Positions 13,782 to 26,339 are shown, counted from the first letter of the stretch. The stretch: 64,000 bases of DNA from Eledone cirrhosa (GCA_964016885.1 OZ024741.1:390042001-390106000); one strand, 5' to 3'. Program-made: numbers and translations. Notes: generated by a model from the sequence alone, not told the origin.

Positions 13782-15297
13782 GTTTATTCAATATATATCC
13801 AGTAAAAGGTAGTGAATTGGCAAAATCATTAGCATGTTGGATAGAGTGCTTTGCAGTATTCATTCAGGCTCTCGACTTTCCCTTCCCCCAAAATTGTTGG
13901 CCTTATGCCTAAATCAGAAACCCTTATTTCTATATTCTCTTAATTATTGGGGAGAATTTCAAAGTTGTATTTTCTTAAGGCTGGTGGACTTAGTGGGTTG
14001 TGAGGATAGACTAAATCAGTGATTATCAACCTTTCTCAGGCGGTAGTGGGGATGATGTAATAAATAAATTATTCCTAATACATTAGAGCAGATCTGATCA
14101 ATGATACTCTGCTTCTTTTTATAAAAAATATAAAGGCAGTGAATTGACAGAGTTGTTAGAATGCCAGATAGAATGCTTTGCATTATTCATTTTATAGGAG
14201 AGCTACCACTCCAAATAAATGGGTGCTGGGTAGAGAAGTCCCCTAAGTCCAGTAAGACAACTCCCCTAGTGCTGGTGGCACAAATGAAAGCACCCAGTCC
14301 ATGCTGAAAAATGGAGGGGTGCAGAGGGCCCCTGAGTCCAGTAAGACAACCTCTCTAGTGCTGGTGGCACGAATAAAAGCACTCAGGCCATGCTGTAAAG
14401 TGGTGTTGGTGTTAGGAAGGGCATCCAACCAGTATATATTAATGTTAAAAATTATGAGCACGACAAATAAGATGATATTTTGGCTCTCTGTTCTATGAGT
14501 TCAAATCCCACCGAGGTCAACTTTGCCTTTCATCCATTCAAGAATGATAAAAAAAAAGTACCAGTCTAGTACTGGGGTCAATTCTTCTTCTATATCTCTT
14601 TCCCACTTCCATTATCTCACTCTCTATCTTTCTCTGGAAGAAATTTGCTGTAGGAGATGGGCTCCACCAGGTTTTAAAATGCCACAGAAACGTTGTATGT
14701 CAATATTGTGTCCCTATAACTCCATCAGGAGTACAGGACCATAACATACCATACCAATATATATCCAGTAAAAGATGGCAAATTGGCAGAGTTGTTAGAA
14801 TATTAAATAAAATGCTTTGCCATATTCATTCTGGCTGAGTTCAAATCCTGCCATGGGCAAGCTTGCCTTTCATCTGTAGAGACTTCTGGTGTTCTTAGCC
14901 CCCGGACCACATCCTTATTCACTACTATCAAAGTGGAGTTGACTGCTTGCAAGGTAAAGTGGCTGTTCCAGTGTGTCTACCTCACTGTCCTCTGGGGCAA
15001 TGTATTCACCTTCCTGTCGACCGGGATCCAGAGGTGGAAGGTAAGTTAGTTGGAAGTGGAGGATACTCGTTCAAACGTCACTTTCACACTATTTCTTTAA
15101 AACTATAGCTTAGCTTAGCTATGATTTGTTATGGATGTTAAGTTAATTTCTCAATCACATTTCAGTCCCATTATGTGGTGCCATGAGCAAGTATTTTTGT
15201 TACCATATTTTTAATGAAAGACGCTGCTTATGATTTACTTAGCATTTTTAAAATTATCAACAATTTTGAGGGATATAGTAATATAAACAACTTTCTT

Positions 15298-15456
15298 ATT
15301 TGTAGGAAAATGGAAAAACTCGACATAAAGAAGCTATTAAAACATCAAGCCACTGATTTCTGGCCTTCGAGGTAATGTTTTACCCAACGCCACTTTGACA
15401 GCATTTTGCTGTTTTAACAGCAGCCTTATGCCGAGTTTTTCCATTTTCCTACGAAT
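15298..15456. repeat. MITE-like inverted repeat (~47-bp imperfect arms)
   Basis: atttgtaggaaaatggaaaaactcgacataa... matches the reverse complement of ...ttatgccgagtttttccattttcctacgaat. Confidence 0.7.
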
Positions 15457-16989
15457 TCTAATACACTCACATTTCAAAACTTGATATTCGAGTTAATTTC
15501 GTTTATAACTTTCTTATTATTAAGTTGATGTTTAGAACATAACTTCAGAAAGGCTCTTTCATAAAAATTATGATATATTTTTAGATAAAAATAAATATTT
15601 TAAAATAAACAGCTTTGTATCATAGAACCAGGAGTGGTTCCATGCAGCTTAATATCATTGTCATCCTCGTAACTATGTTTTCCCTGGTTCTATGATGCAA
15701 AACTGTTTATTTTTAAGTACTTATATTTATCTAAAAACCTTCCATCTTAATTTTATGAAAGGACTTTTGTTAAGTTCCAAACATTAAATGACAGCCAAAT
15801 AAAAATCAAACCGGAACAACTAAAAAAATCCCAGATCATGGATGTGACTGCAATACAGTTGGTCACTGAGAGCAAAAGGTCATATTGTTTTGTTTGTGGT
15901 GAAACAAAAATATCTGCGTGCTTCAGTTCAAAAGTGCAAGGGACCGCAAACCACCATTGCTGCAAACACCAGTGCCAAGACATAAAACCCGACTACCAAC
16001 AATAATAACACTGGCAACAGCAGCAGCTAAACTACCATCAACAACAACCAAGACAGAACCAACCCAACGGGAAAAATGAGGAACATTCTATCACGCGTGT
16101 GCTTTCACCTTATTCTTTTTTTCTTCTTTCTTTCTTTCTCTTTTTTTCTCTATCTTTTTCTTTTTTCTTTCTTTATTAATGATGTTGTAATTTGAATTTG
16201 CAAACGCTGTGTATAATTTTAAACATTTTTTCTGATGATTTGGCTAAGCATACATCGTATTTAAAATTGAGTGACACAACTTCAAGTGATTAGCAATTTT
16301 AAGACAACTTAATCAATGAAACAATTGTTAATACTGTAAATAAAACCCTTTTTGTACTGTTGACCATGTTATTCTTCACTCTTTCACTATTATTACTCCA
16401 AGATTAACTTACATAGGAACTCCTGAGAACTTATATACTCGCTATCTAAGGAAACCTCTTGTTGAGTCAAACAACGCCGTACGCTAAAACTATCCAAATA
16501 CGGAGTATTCACAACCTCTAACTGGATTACCTATAACGATAACTTGTTATCCCTTATATATAGAGAGAGTTTATATGGGTTGGTAACACAGCCATATAAA
16601 GACAAAGGTTTTATGGGCATATACACTCTTTTAAGAATGAAAAATTTAAAAATTCTACATCTTTGGCTAAACTAATCTAGACTCTAAAAAAAAAGATAAT
16701 ATCTAGTACTCTATGAGATGGAGTGTTATTAATTCAGCAAAACTGTATAGAGGCAGAAGAACTAGATGTAATCCTTGGCTGAATCATTAGAAATAATAAC
16801 TTCTAAAATTAGTCTTCTCAACTCTAGAAATGAGATAATCTTTCTTGTCCCCAGAGAACCTTTCACATTTTATAAAATACTTGAACCTGATTAATTATTC
16901 CTATTTATGTTCCAGTTATTTTTCTTTCTCTTAACGCACATAATAGTCATCTCATAGATCCTTTATACCTTGCCTATAGATTACACTAT

Positions 16990-17410
16990 AATATAATATG
17001 ATGATATGATATGATGTGATGTGATGTGGTGTGGTGTGATGTGATGTGGTGTGGTGTGGTGTGATGTGATGTGATGTGTGATGTGATGTGGTGTGGCGTG
17101 GCGTGGCATGGCATGGCGTGGCGTGGTGTGGTGTGGTGTGGTGTGATGAGATGTGATGTGGTGTGGTGTGGTGCGGTGCGATATGATGTGATATATGATA
17201 TGATATGATATATTATGTGATGTGATGTGATGTGATATATGATTGATATGATATGATATGATATATGATATGTTATGATATGATTGATATGATATGACAT
17301 GATATGATATATGATATGATAAATATAATACATATAATATAATATAATATAATAAATATGACATAATAAATATAACATAATAAACATAATATAATGAACA
17401 TAACATAATA
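16990..17410. repeat. Compound pentanucleotide microsatellite
   Basis: Runs of TGATA, TGATG, TGTGG, TGGCG/TGGCA and TATAA/CATAA units. Confidence 0.95.
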
Positions 17411-18012
17411 AACCACTTTGGTGCTATGCATATAATCTCTGAACAAATAGAAAATACCGGAAAAGGTGAATTAAAATGTACTAGCCATTTCAATAACTAT
17501 TAAACTCCTGGACAAACTACAGATAGAGTTTGTTTCTCCATAAATTAGTGGCTGTGTCAGACAATCCAAGGGCTTCTCAACAGGAGTAAGGATTATATGA
17601 ACAGCACACTTAGAGATAATTTAGGTAACTAGATATTGAATATGGCGTATATAGTAAGAGAACAAGTAACACCTCATGCGGCAGACACACACATATATAT
17701 ATAATGTGGGTAATATTAAATATTATCCAATTACAAGTATGAGAATAGCTCAATGTGAAATAACAAGTATACTACAGAGCCGAAATACTTTATAAATAAC
17801 AATCAAAGAGTGTTTAGAACATTTAATCACTTACAATGATTTCAACCTAGCACAAGGCCGGGATCATCAGAGTATATAATAAAGGTTGAAACACAAATAC
17901 AATATCAGAAGTTTACCATAAGAACATTAGGAGGATACATAATATGGGAAGTAAGCATAAGTATCAACATTTATATAATATATATATATATATACACACA
18001 CACACATATATA

Positions 18013-20709
18013 TCATCATCATCATCATCAACGTTTAACGTCCGTGTTCCACGCTTGCATGGGTTTGGACGGGGGTAGTCCCACTTGAGGCAAGAGTGAT
18101 TGTCTTGCTCGCATAGGACTGTCTGGCAGGTTTTCTACAGTTGGATGCCCTTCCTAACACCAACCACATTTACAGTGTGGGTCTGGGAGGTTTTTACCGT
18201 GTTGCCTACACGGCCACATTACAGCGTGGACTGTGTGTTTTTTTGTCGTGACACCTACACGATCTCATTTGTTTCGGCCTCGATGGCGCGGCACCAACAT
18301 AACTTTACATAGAACGGGGTGGTGTGGATGGGGTGGGGACGGGGTGTATTTTGTTAGAGATGCCTACTGGCTGGAGTAGGTTTTACTATATATTTAGGTA
18401 AGGCGGGTCTTCTCTGTTACTGAGTACCGCCAAAGGTCTCGGTCCAGTGACATTGTCTTGGAGAGGTGTAAGTGTGTGATGTCGGAGTTTATCAGCTCGT
18501 CCCAGGTTTTTCTAGGTCTGCCTATTCCGTGACTACCGTCTATCTTTATTGCCTTGCACTTTGTTATACAGCTATCGACTTTCATGCGCATCACGTGTCC
18601 ATACCAACGTAGCCTTCTCTCGAGTAAACAACATCTGATCCCTCTTATCTCTAATTTTTTCCTTAGTTCGTTTATGCTTTGCCGTTCACGTATATTACTG
18701 TTACACATCCAGCGGAGCATGCAAGCTTCGTTCCTCTCTAGTCTGCGTATATCCTCTGCACACAATGCCCAGGTCTCACTGCCATGCAGCATTGCTGTTC
18801 GTATGCAGGCATCGTACAACCTGCCTTTCATTTTTAGTGAGAACCCTTTAGCAGCTAATAGTGGTATAAGCTCTCTGAACTTTTTCCAACCAGTTCTGAC
18901 GCTAGCTACAGTACTTTCAGAGCACCCTCCCCCACTGCTGATTTTATCGCCCAGGTAACGGAAGCTGTCCACTATTTCTATAGAACCCTCTGCGCAATTG
19001 AAAGAGCTAGTAGTTTGTGGGCACTTGCTGCTACTTATTGCACCAGAGCACCGGCCACATGTAAAATATATGTTCTTAGTTAGCTTACCTGTGATCCCAC
19101 TACATCTTTTATGCACCCATACTTTGCATTTAGGACATAAAATGGAGTTTCTACCTACGCCTTTCCTACACACCGAGCACGACCATTTCCCAGAAGGGAC
19201 CGCCGCCTTGTTTTCTTTCCTACAAACTAGTACTTTGGTCTTAGCCAGGTTAATTTTAAGTCCTTTTGACTCTAGGCCGTGCTTCCATGTTTGGAATTTC
19301 TTCTCTAGCTCGGCCATTGATTCCGCTATGAGTGTCAGGTCGTCTGCGTATAGGAGTTCCCATGGGCAGCCTGTCTTGAACTCCTCTGTTATAGCCTGAA
19401 GGGCAATAATAAATAGTAGTGGGCTGAGAACAGAGCCCTGATGGACGCCAACTTTTACGCTAAACTCTTCACTATATTCGTTGTTAATTCTAACCTTGCT
19501 GACTGTTTCTTTATACATGGCTTGTATAGCCCTCACAAGCCATTCGTCAACGCCTAGTTTTCTAAGAGCCCACCAGATAATGGAGCGGGGGACTCTGTCG
19601 AAGGCTTTCTCCAAGTCGACAAAAGCTAAGTAGAGGGGTTTACCTTTAGCTAGGTACTTCTCCTGTAGTTGTCGTACTATGAAAAGAGCGTCTGTGGTAC
19701 TTTTGCCTGACACAAACCCGAACTGCATTTCATCTAGGTCAATTCTCTCTCTGATTAGTTGCGCTATTACTTTTTCCGTGACCTTCATGACCTGGTCGAT
19801 TAATTTAATGCCTCTATAGTTACTCCTATCTAGGGCGTCTCCTTTACCCTTATAACAGTTAACGATGATGCTGCTATGCCAGTCCTTCGGAACAACCCCA
19901 TTCTGTACGACTTGGTTAACTATGCGGGTGACCATGGTGTGTCCCACCGTGCCAGATGCCTTCAGCATCTCAGCAACTATTTCCGAAGGCCCAGCCGCCT
20001 TACCCGTCTTCATATCCTTGATTGCCTTACTTATTATACTCCCCTCGACTAACACTGCTGGTCCCTCTATTGGGTCGATATGGGGGAGACTGCCTTTCTC
20101 CCAATTATTCTCCTCATTTAGTAGCCTTTCATAGTGACACTTCCAAGCTACCTTCTTATCAGCGTCGGTGATGGCAAGTGTGCCATCGTCGTTTAGTACA
20201 CACTTCTCCCCGACAATATCACGGTTTTCCTTGACGCATTGCCTAGCAATCCTGAACACCTCACGTTTTTGGTCATCGCGTTGTAGAACATGCTTGAACT
20301 TTCTTTCCTCAGCTTCCCTTCTTGCTAAGTACACTTGTCTCCTAGCTTCCCTCCTGGCCACTTGATAGTCCTCTCTACTTCCCCCATCCCGCCATACTTT
20401 CCAAGCCTGCTTTTTGGCCTTAATTGACCCCTCCACCTTACTGTTCCACCACCATGTTACTCTCCTCCTGCCTACAGGCCTGCTCCAGCCACAGACTTCG
20501 TCTGTCGCCAACAGCAGGTTTGCTTTCAGAAATTCCCACTCTCCCTCTATATTGTCCGACTCTAAATGTTCTTCCTTACTGTCGAAAGCATCAAGTAATA
20601 TGCTTTGAAATTTATTCCTGGCTGTGGGGTCCTTTAGCTTCCATATTTTCCTCCTGAGGATAGTCCTCTTCTGTTGTCGAGTACGTCTCGTCCTGACTAT
20701 GAGGTCGCT
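18013..20709 (-). mobile_element. RTE-clade LINE (family A), 2.7-kb 5'-truncated copy with an uninterrupted RT ORF
   Basis: ORF 18394-20511 stays open further upstream to ~20709. RT motifs [35 protein letters not shown] and LYADD. A C4HC3 finger follows RT motif 6. (TGA)n tail, with TA-rich tracts on both flanks. The APE domain is missing because of truncation. Confidence 0.96.
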
Positions 20710-21287
20710 AATATATATATATATATATATGTGTGTGTGTATGTATTGTTCTACTTTGAGAGGATCATCCTGCCAATAAAATACAAAAACAAAATATGTA
20801 TATATTTGAATGTATCTTACCTTACACTTAAAATAATCTTTTTGCCTCTATTAATACGGTTTTAGGTTATAAACTTCTTAGTAACTAGAATTTCTAGTGA
20901 TTGATATTTTTTTTAATTACTGAATTAAGCCTGTGTAGTATATGTGCATTAGAGCGTAAAAGTCAAGCAAAGTAATTTTAATCCACTGTACGTTATATTT
21001 TCATTACTAATAGATTTTAAATGCGTATCATTGTCGAGAAGTTAAGGAAACATTTATTTCAAAGTGATACAAATCTCTTAAAGGTTATCAGGATAGTGGA
21101 TTGCAGCATTATTTATTGTCACTTTCAAAGCATTTTTTACATTTAACTTTCTTTCATTTGGTCATGCATTTTTGTATTTATGTATCTGATTTTCTAAAAC
21201 AAAAATAATTTGTGCCCCCTCTCCCCCCTCCTTAAAAACTCACTGCACAAATAAGAAATGTGTAATATGTAGAGTAAGTCCACAAAT

Positions 21288-21885
21288 AAATTACAAAACT
21301 AAAAATGTAATCTTTAGCATAAGATGCACAGAGGGTGCCTGCAGAAACATGACAACAACATACCTAAGAGAGATAACCGGTAGCATAGGAGAGGGAATAG
21401 ATGAACACTGGAGTGAACTAAAAGGATAAGATGACATTTCAGTGCTATATGAACACACCACACTAAGACATGATGGTAAAATAGACAACATAGTAATTAA
21501 AATAATATCTAAACATAGTAATGACTCCACAATTAGACAAATTAGGGAGGCTACAGAAATAGTATTAAGAAACCCTGGGCTGAACAGAAAACATGAATGG
21601 AATAGCAACCATACACAAACACACACTAGTGATCTAACATAAATATGAATAAATATACACAGGTACAATAACAACACCCACACATAAACACACACTAGTG
21701 ATCAAGGGTAGAATATAAACACATAAACACACACACACATACACGAGCCCACACCAAACAGAATACACGCACGCACAAAAAAATGAATAAAAATAAAAAA
21801 CATTATAGGAACATAACGGGAGGAAGCATGAAAACACAATAATCACTGAGGATGTCACAGATATGTGTGACGAAAGGACTTTAAG
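21288..21885 (+). mobile_element. Penelope-like element 3' fragment: decayed GIY-YIG endonuclease plus 3' UTR/pLTR
   Basis: Translates as KTKNVIFSIRC...TYLREIT...EH...SVLYEH...RQIREATEI...LNRKHEW, with one stop. Followed by a CA-rich UTR and a hammerhead-like motif at 21846. Confidence 0.7.
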
Positions 21886-22309
21886 GAACTAAAATTATAT
21901 TTATATTTTTAACTGTTGGTCAATGATAAACTTTGATTGCCAACTAAATTATTTATAGAAATATAAAGATATACTGAAGCGAAAACCAAACCAAACAGTG
22001 GATGTTGTTTACTATTTTTTCTGCCAATATTAGGACAACATGGCCCTCCCCAAATATAACAATGTGTATGTTTCATTTACTATAAATGCCACCTATCAAA
22101 TTCTAACCAATTTGGTTTCATTAAATTTTTCTCTTGGTTCTCTCCCTCTATAGAACCCATCGACCTATCTATTCCTCCCCTTTCTCTCTCCCTCCATACA
22201 TCTGTCCATCTATTTACCCTCATCACTATCTTTCTTATACATCTACTAACCATCTCCATACTCTCTCTAATTACAATTTCATGATACCATCCCCAACACC
22301 CAAGTTAAA

Positions 22310-22800
22310 ATGTCTGCCTCCCATCAGGCTTCCTCCCCGCGGGATGACGACCAGTGCCATTCATGCGTCACATGCAACAGGCGCAAGAAAAGAAGAATTA
22401 CTTCCACCTTTCTTGTGTCAAACTTACTCAACACAAGTCGGAATCCCTGCATCAATTGCACTGCCCGAGATGTCTATCCCTTTCAACACCACAGGTGGGC
22501 ACAGGTGCACAACTTAACAGGGAACTGAACCTGGACGGTCCGGATGAAGCCCTAGTGGCGATCACCCACCTAAGACAGTCGCGAAGAATTATCATCAGGA
22601 TCCCAAAATCTGTCCACATTCTCGCAGCCGAAACGCTTGTGTTGTCTATCAATCAAGCGCTTAACTCGGGCGGCCTGCAAGACTGAACCAAACTGTATAA
22701 TTTTGTGACTCTCGCACTCGGGACCCGATGACAGTGAAACCCACAGCAGGGGAGGGATCGGGCACCCCTCTGATTTCGGAGCTCAAGATCAATCATAAGA
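22310..22800 (+). mobile_element. 5' fragment of a probable CRE-like (restriction-like endonuclease group) non-LTR retrotransposon with a PHD finger
   Basis: Frameshifted PHD-like finger (C..C...FHLSCV...HCPRC) followed by IIIRIPKSVHILAAETL...QD*TKLYNF, which resembles the RIPKxAR..A..L....W..L..F pre-RT motif of CRE-type elements. Confidence 0.5.
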
Positions 22801-23104
22801 GGAAATCGTCAACTATATTATCTATATATTACTAAAACTCTGCAATTGCTTGCTTGCTTGTCTGTAATGTAATACAGCCAAAAGGGCGCATAATGGGAAA
22901 ATACTTTGAAAGGAAGCTGACCCTGAAATGGGAATACAAATGGAATAAAACAAGTTTACCATAAATCGGACCACGGGGTCCCGATATATGGAGTTTTTCT
23001 GGATACCTTCATAAACAGAGAGAGAGGAAGAGAGACATAGAGAGAGGGAGAGGAGACAGAGAAGGAGAATGGAAGAGAGAGAGAGAGAGAGCTGGTGGTG
23101 GTGT

Positions 23105-24117
23105 TGTGTATCAGACTCAGAAGCTCCCGCGTCTTGCGACGCAGGAGGCAATCATAGTGTTCCACCGCGTTCGGTCAGCAGCCAGTTGCACAGCGTCCCG
23201 CCATTGTCTGTTTGTCGCTCGCAGGTCCCTCTCAACTGTCTGGCGCCAGTTCATTTTGGGTCGCCCTCTCCATCTGCTTCCCTGTGGGTTCCATTTAAGT
23301 ACTTGGTTCGCCAGTCTCTCCAGGGGAAGTCTCAAAGCGTGCCCAAACCAGCCCAGGCGTCGCTTGCAGATGGCAGAAGAGACTAGCTGCTGGTTGGTGC
23401 GGTTCCTAACTTCCTGGTTTGTTACATGGTCACTCCATTTAATCCCCAGGATCTTTCGCAGACACCTGGAATCGAATGCGTCCAACTTCTTCTCTTGGCT
23501 AGTCTTAAGGTGCCATGTTTCGCTTCCGTACAAGAGTATGGACAGCACGTTGCTGTTGTAGAATCTCATCTTTGTTTTGAGGGTGAACTTCCTGCTCTTC
23601 CAGATCTTGACATGCTGGTTAAATGCTGCTGAAGCCTTTCCCATTCTACATTGCAATTCACTGTCTATGGCGCCCCCATTGTCAATGGGGCTTCCTAGGT
23701 AGGTGAAGTTGTCCACTATCTCCACCTCCCCCTGTTCAATGAAAACACTAGTTGGTGATGGGTGTGTCCCAGATAACATGCTTTTGGTCTTCTTAGCACT
23801 GATATTGAGATCTAAGCTTCCTGCTTCGACATTGATATTGTTCATAATGATTTGCAGGTCAGCTGTGCTCTCTGCAAGTGCAACAATATCGTCCGCAAAG
23901 TCCAGGTCAGACGACTTTTGCTCTCCCACCCAAGATATACCCTGGTCTTTAGACGCTCTTCTTAGTACCCAGTCAATGGCTATGGCAAAGAGAATTGGAG
24001 AGAGCGAGCAACCCTGACGTACACCAGTAACCACCTCAAACCAGTCACTGTAACCATCCTCTGTCCGTATGCAGCACTTTGAGTTTGCGTAAATTTGTTT
24101 GATTGCTGAAATGACTT

Positions 24118-24121
<4 letters not shown>
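23105..24121 (-). mobile_element. RTE-clade LINE (third family, no PHD insert), 5'-truncated
   Basis: ORF with GVRQGCSLSPILF, LDFADD, FTYLGS, LLYGSETW, RRLGWFGH and RGRPKMNW. The 5' end abuts a (TA)n tract. Confidence 0.92.
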
Positions 24122-24165
<44 letters not shown>

Positions 24166-24173
24166 TGTGTGTG

Positions 24174-24617
24174 TGAAGCAAAGGTGATTAGTAGTTATCA
24201 TTAGAAGAAATAACACAAATAGCTGGTTAACTTTTGATATAAAAGATTTACTTCACTTCGCTTCATAAATGAACAAAGAATAGGTTACGAAGAGTTATAA
24301 CGGTTGATGTTTTTTACGTTGCTTCATGATGCTGGTGTAGTCTGTAGACAAGGAGAGAGAGAGAGTAAAGGTTTGTAGAAGTCTGTAGACCCCAAGGGTT
24401 TGTAGTTAGAAGTGAATGTTTTACATAGCTATTCTCTCGTGTACTGCTCCGATCTTCCTTTGCTTGATCTGGTGCAGGCTATTTATACCTCTCGTGTTCT
24501 GTTTCCCTCCATGCATGATCGTCCATGCATGAACTTGTTTACGCCGAAAAGGAGGTGACCCGGAATTTGACCTTTCTGTGTCACCCAGGGTTCAAGGTGT
24601 GGACAGATTTTGCTACA
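24174..24617 (-). mobile_element. Probable solo LTR (444 bp)
   Basis: Termini TGAAGCAAA...TTTGCTACA (TG...CA with a short inverted repeat), TGTG on both flanks, a TATAAATA box on the minus strand at ~24480, and no coding capacity. Confidence 0.6.
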
Positions 24618-25057
24618 TGTGTATATATATGTGTGTGTGCGTGTCTATGACCAGTGTATATAGATCAGATACCCCCCCCACACACACACACGTGTATGTA
24701 TACACACACACGTGTATGTATACACACACACGTGTATGTATACACACACATATATGTATGTATATACACACACACACACATTTATATATTTCCATACACA
24801 CACGTATATATATATGGGCCATCCAGTTTCATTTCACATTATATACGTGTCTGTGTAGAATCTAATTATTTAAAAATTATTTTTAACTGAACGTGACCCC
24901 AACAGGTCACGGGTGGTCTAGTTTGAAATAAAATATACAGGTGCAATATAGTATATAATATAATATACCTGTTTATATCTGGAGGGAAACTCAATGAACC
25001 AACTCCAAGCTGAGGAGCAGCATGGTGAAGTTACAACCCGAGGTAACAGATACAAAC

Positions 25058-25245
25058 AAAACTGGACGTTTGCAGCATAGAGTTATGGCCCTCTACGTTC
25101 TGAGTTCAAATCCTGTCGAGGTTATCTTTGCCTTTCATCTTTACAGGGTTGATAAAATAAAGTACCAGTCACGCACTGGGGTTGATTAAATCGACTTTCC
25201 CCTCCCCCAAAATTGCTGGCCTTGTGCCTATATAAGAAACCGTTA
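25058..25245 (+). mobile_element. tRNA-derived SINE (same family as 8682)
   Basis: B-box gagttcaaatcct and the conserved core and tail. Confidence 0.65.
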
Positions 25246-25619
25246 TATGTATTATCTTTATCATGCTCTGCATGAATACATTCTTTCATCATCTTATTTA
25301 TTCATTCCTTTATTTACTTGGTGCCAGTCGTCGGCCATGACCTTATACTGGGGTATCGTACCGTGACACACTCCACACCCACGCCAATATGGTCACCCTC
25401 CGATTCAGTTTCCTGTTTATACAAAAGCTAGTCCAATTCACACACTAACACGCATGCATACACACCCACATGTGAATATACGTGTGTATATATACGCGCA
25501 AAGCTGCCCTACCTATTGCACTCCAACACCCCTAAGAGCCCACATATAAAAATAGGGCCCATGCTTATTTATATACACTCATCCTCTCCCAAATCACAAC
25601 AAACACTATATTTTTTGTC

Positions 25620-25725
25620 GCATCGCCAGTCTGAAGAGCAGATCAATAATGGAGTCGAGTCCATAACTCCTGTGGATGACCCTGAGTCAATCATGTGCGA
25701 AATGCGTGTAACAGATCGATACACA
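25620..25725 (+). ncRNA. Candidate type I hammerhead ribozyme (Penelope pLTR type)
   Basis: CTGAAGA at 25631, stem II gcagat/atgtgc, GAAA at 25699, self-complementary stem III ATGCGTGT, UH = TA, weak stem I, then AATAAA. Confidence 0.5.
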
Positions 25726-26339
25726 ATAAAAATCTAAATACATGTAAAGGAACTTTGTCTTTTTTATTTAATATATACACTCTGCTTGTGCATAGAGTGC
25801 TTACCACCAGTAATTCACTGGATCACTTACACACACACACACTCTCTCTTTCTATATATATATATATGTAGTTATATATATAAAAAATACAGAAGCAAAA
25901 ACCAACCCAAACCAAACAGTGAGTGTGTTCTGTTATTATTTCTGGCAATGTTATAACACTATGACCCTCCCCAAGTATATCTAGATATATATGTATATAT
26001 TAGTGGCGAAGGGTAACCTGGAAAGCAGGGCATGCAGTCCAATCGCCATGGCAGAAAGTGGGGCTGTGCAGCCTTACCCCCCCCCCCCCCCCAATTCCCT
26101 CTAAATAGCCCTCCTGGTCAAAGCCGCATGTAGTGTTATCTAGTGTGTGTGTGTGGGTTATCTTTTTATGTGTCTACAATTTAGTAAGCAGCCAAAATGC
26201 TGCTTGCTTCAACCGACGCTGTCGTGTGTTTGTGTGTATGTGTGTGTGTTATCTTTTTATGTGTCTACGCTTTAGTAAGCAGCCAAAATTCTGCTTGCTT
26301 CAACCGATGCAATTGATCAATTCAAGATTCTATAACGCA

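Larger units (their letters stand above)
22821..24921 (+). mobile_element. Non-autonomous Helitron containing nested insertions
   Basis: 5' end A|TCTATATATTACTAAAA. 3' hairpin cgtgacc-ccaaca-ggtcacg followed by CTAG|T at 24918-24922. Pairing of these two ends is inferred. Confidence 0.62.

Noticed and set aside
14880-15040. Possible + strand exon ending in gtaagt with one open frame
   Set aside because: Weak acceptor, no recognisable protein motif and no partner exons.
16981-17493. His/Thr/Ile-rich ORFs
   Set aside because: Artefacts of the pentanucleotide microsatellite.
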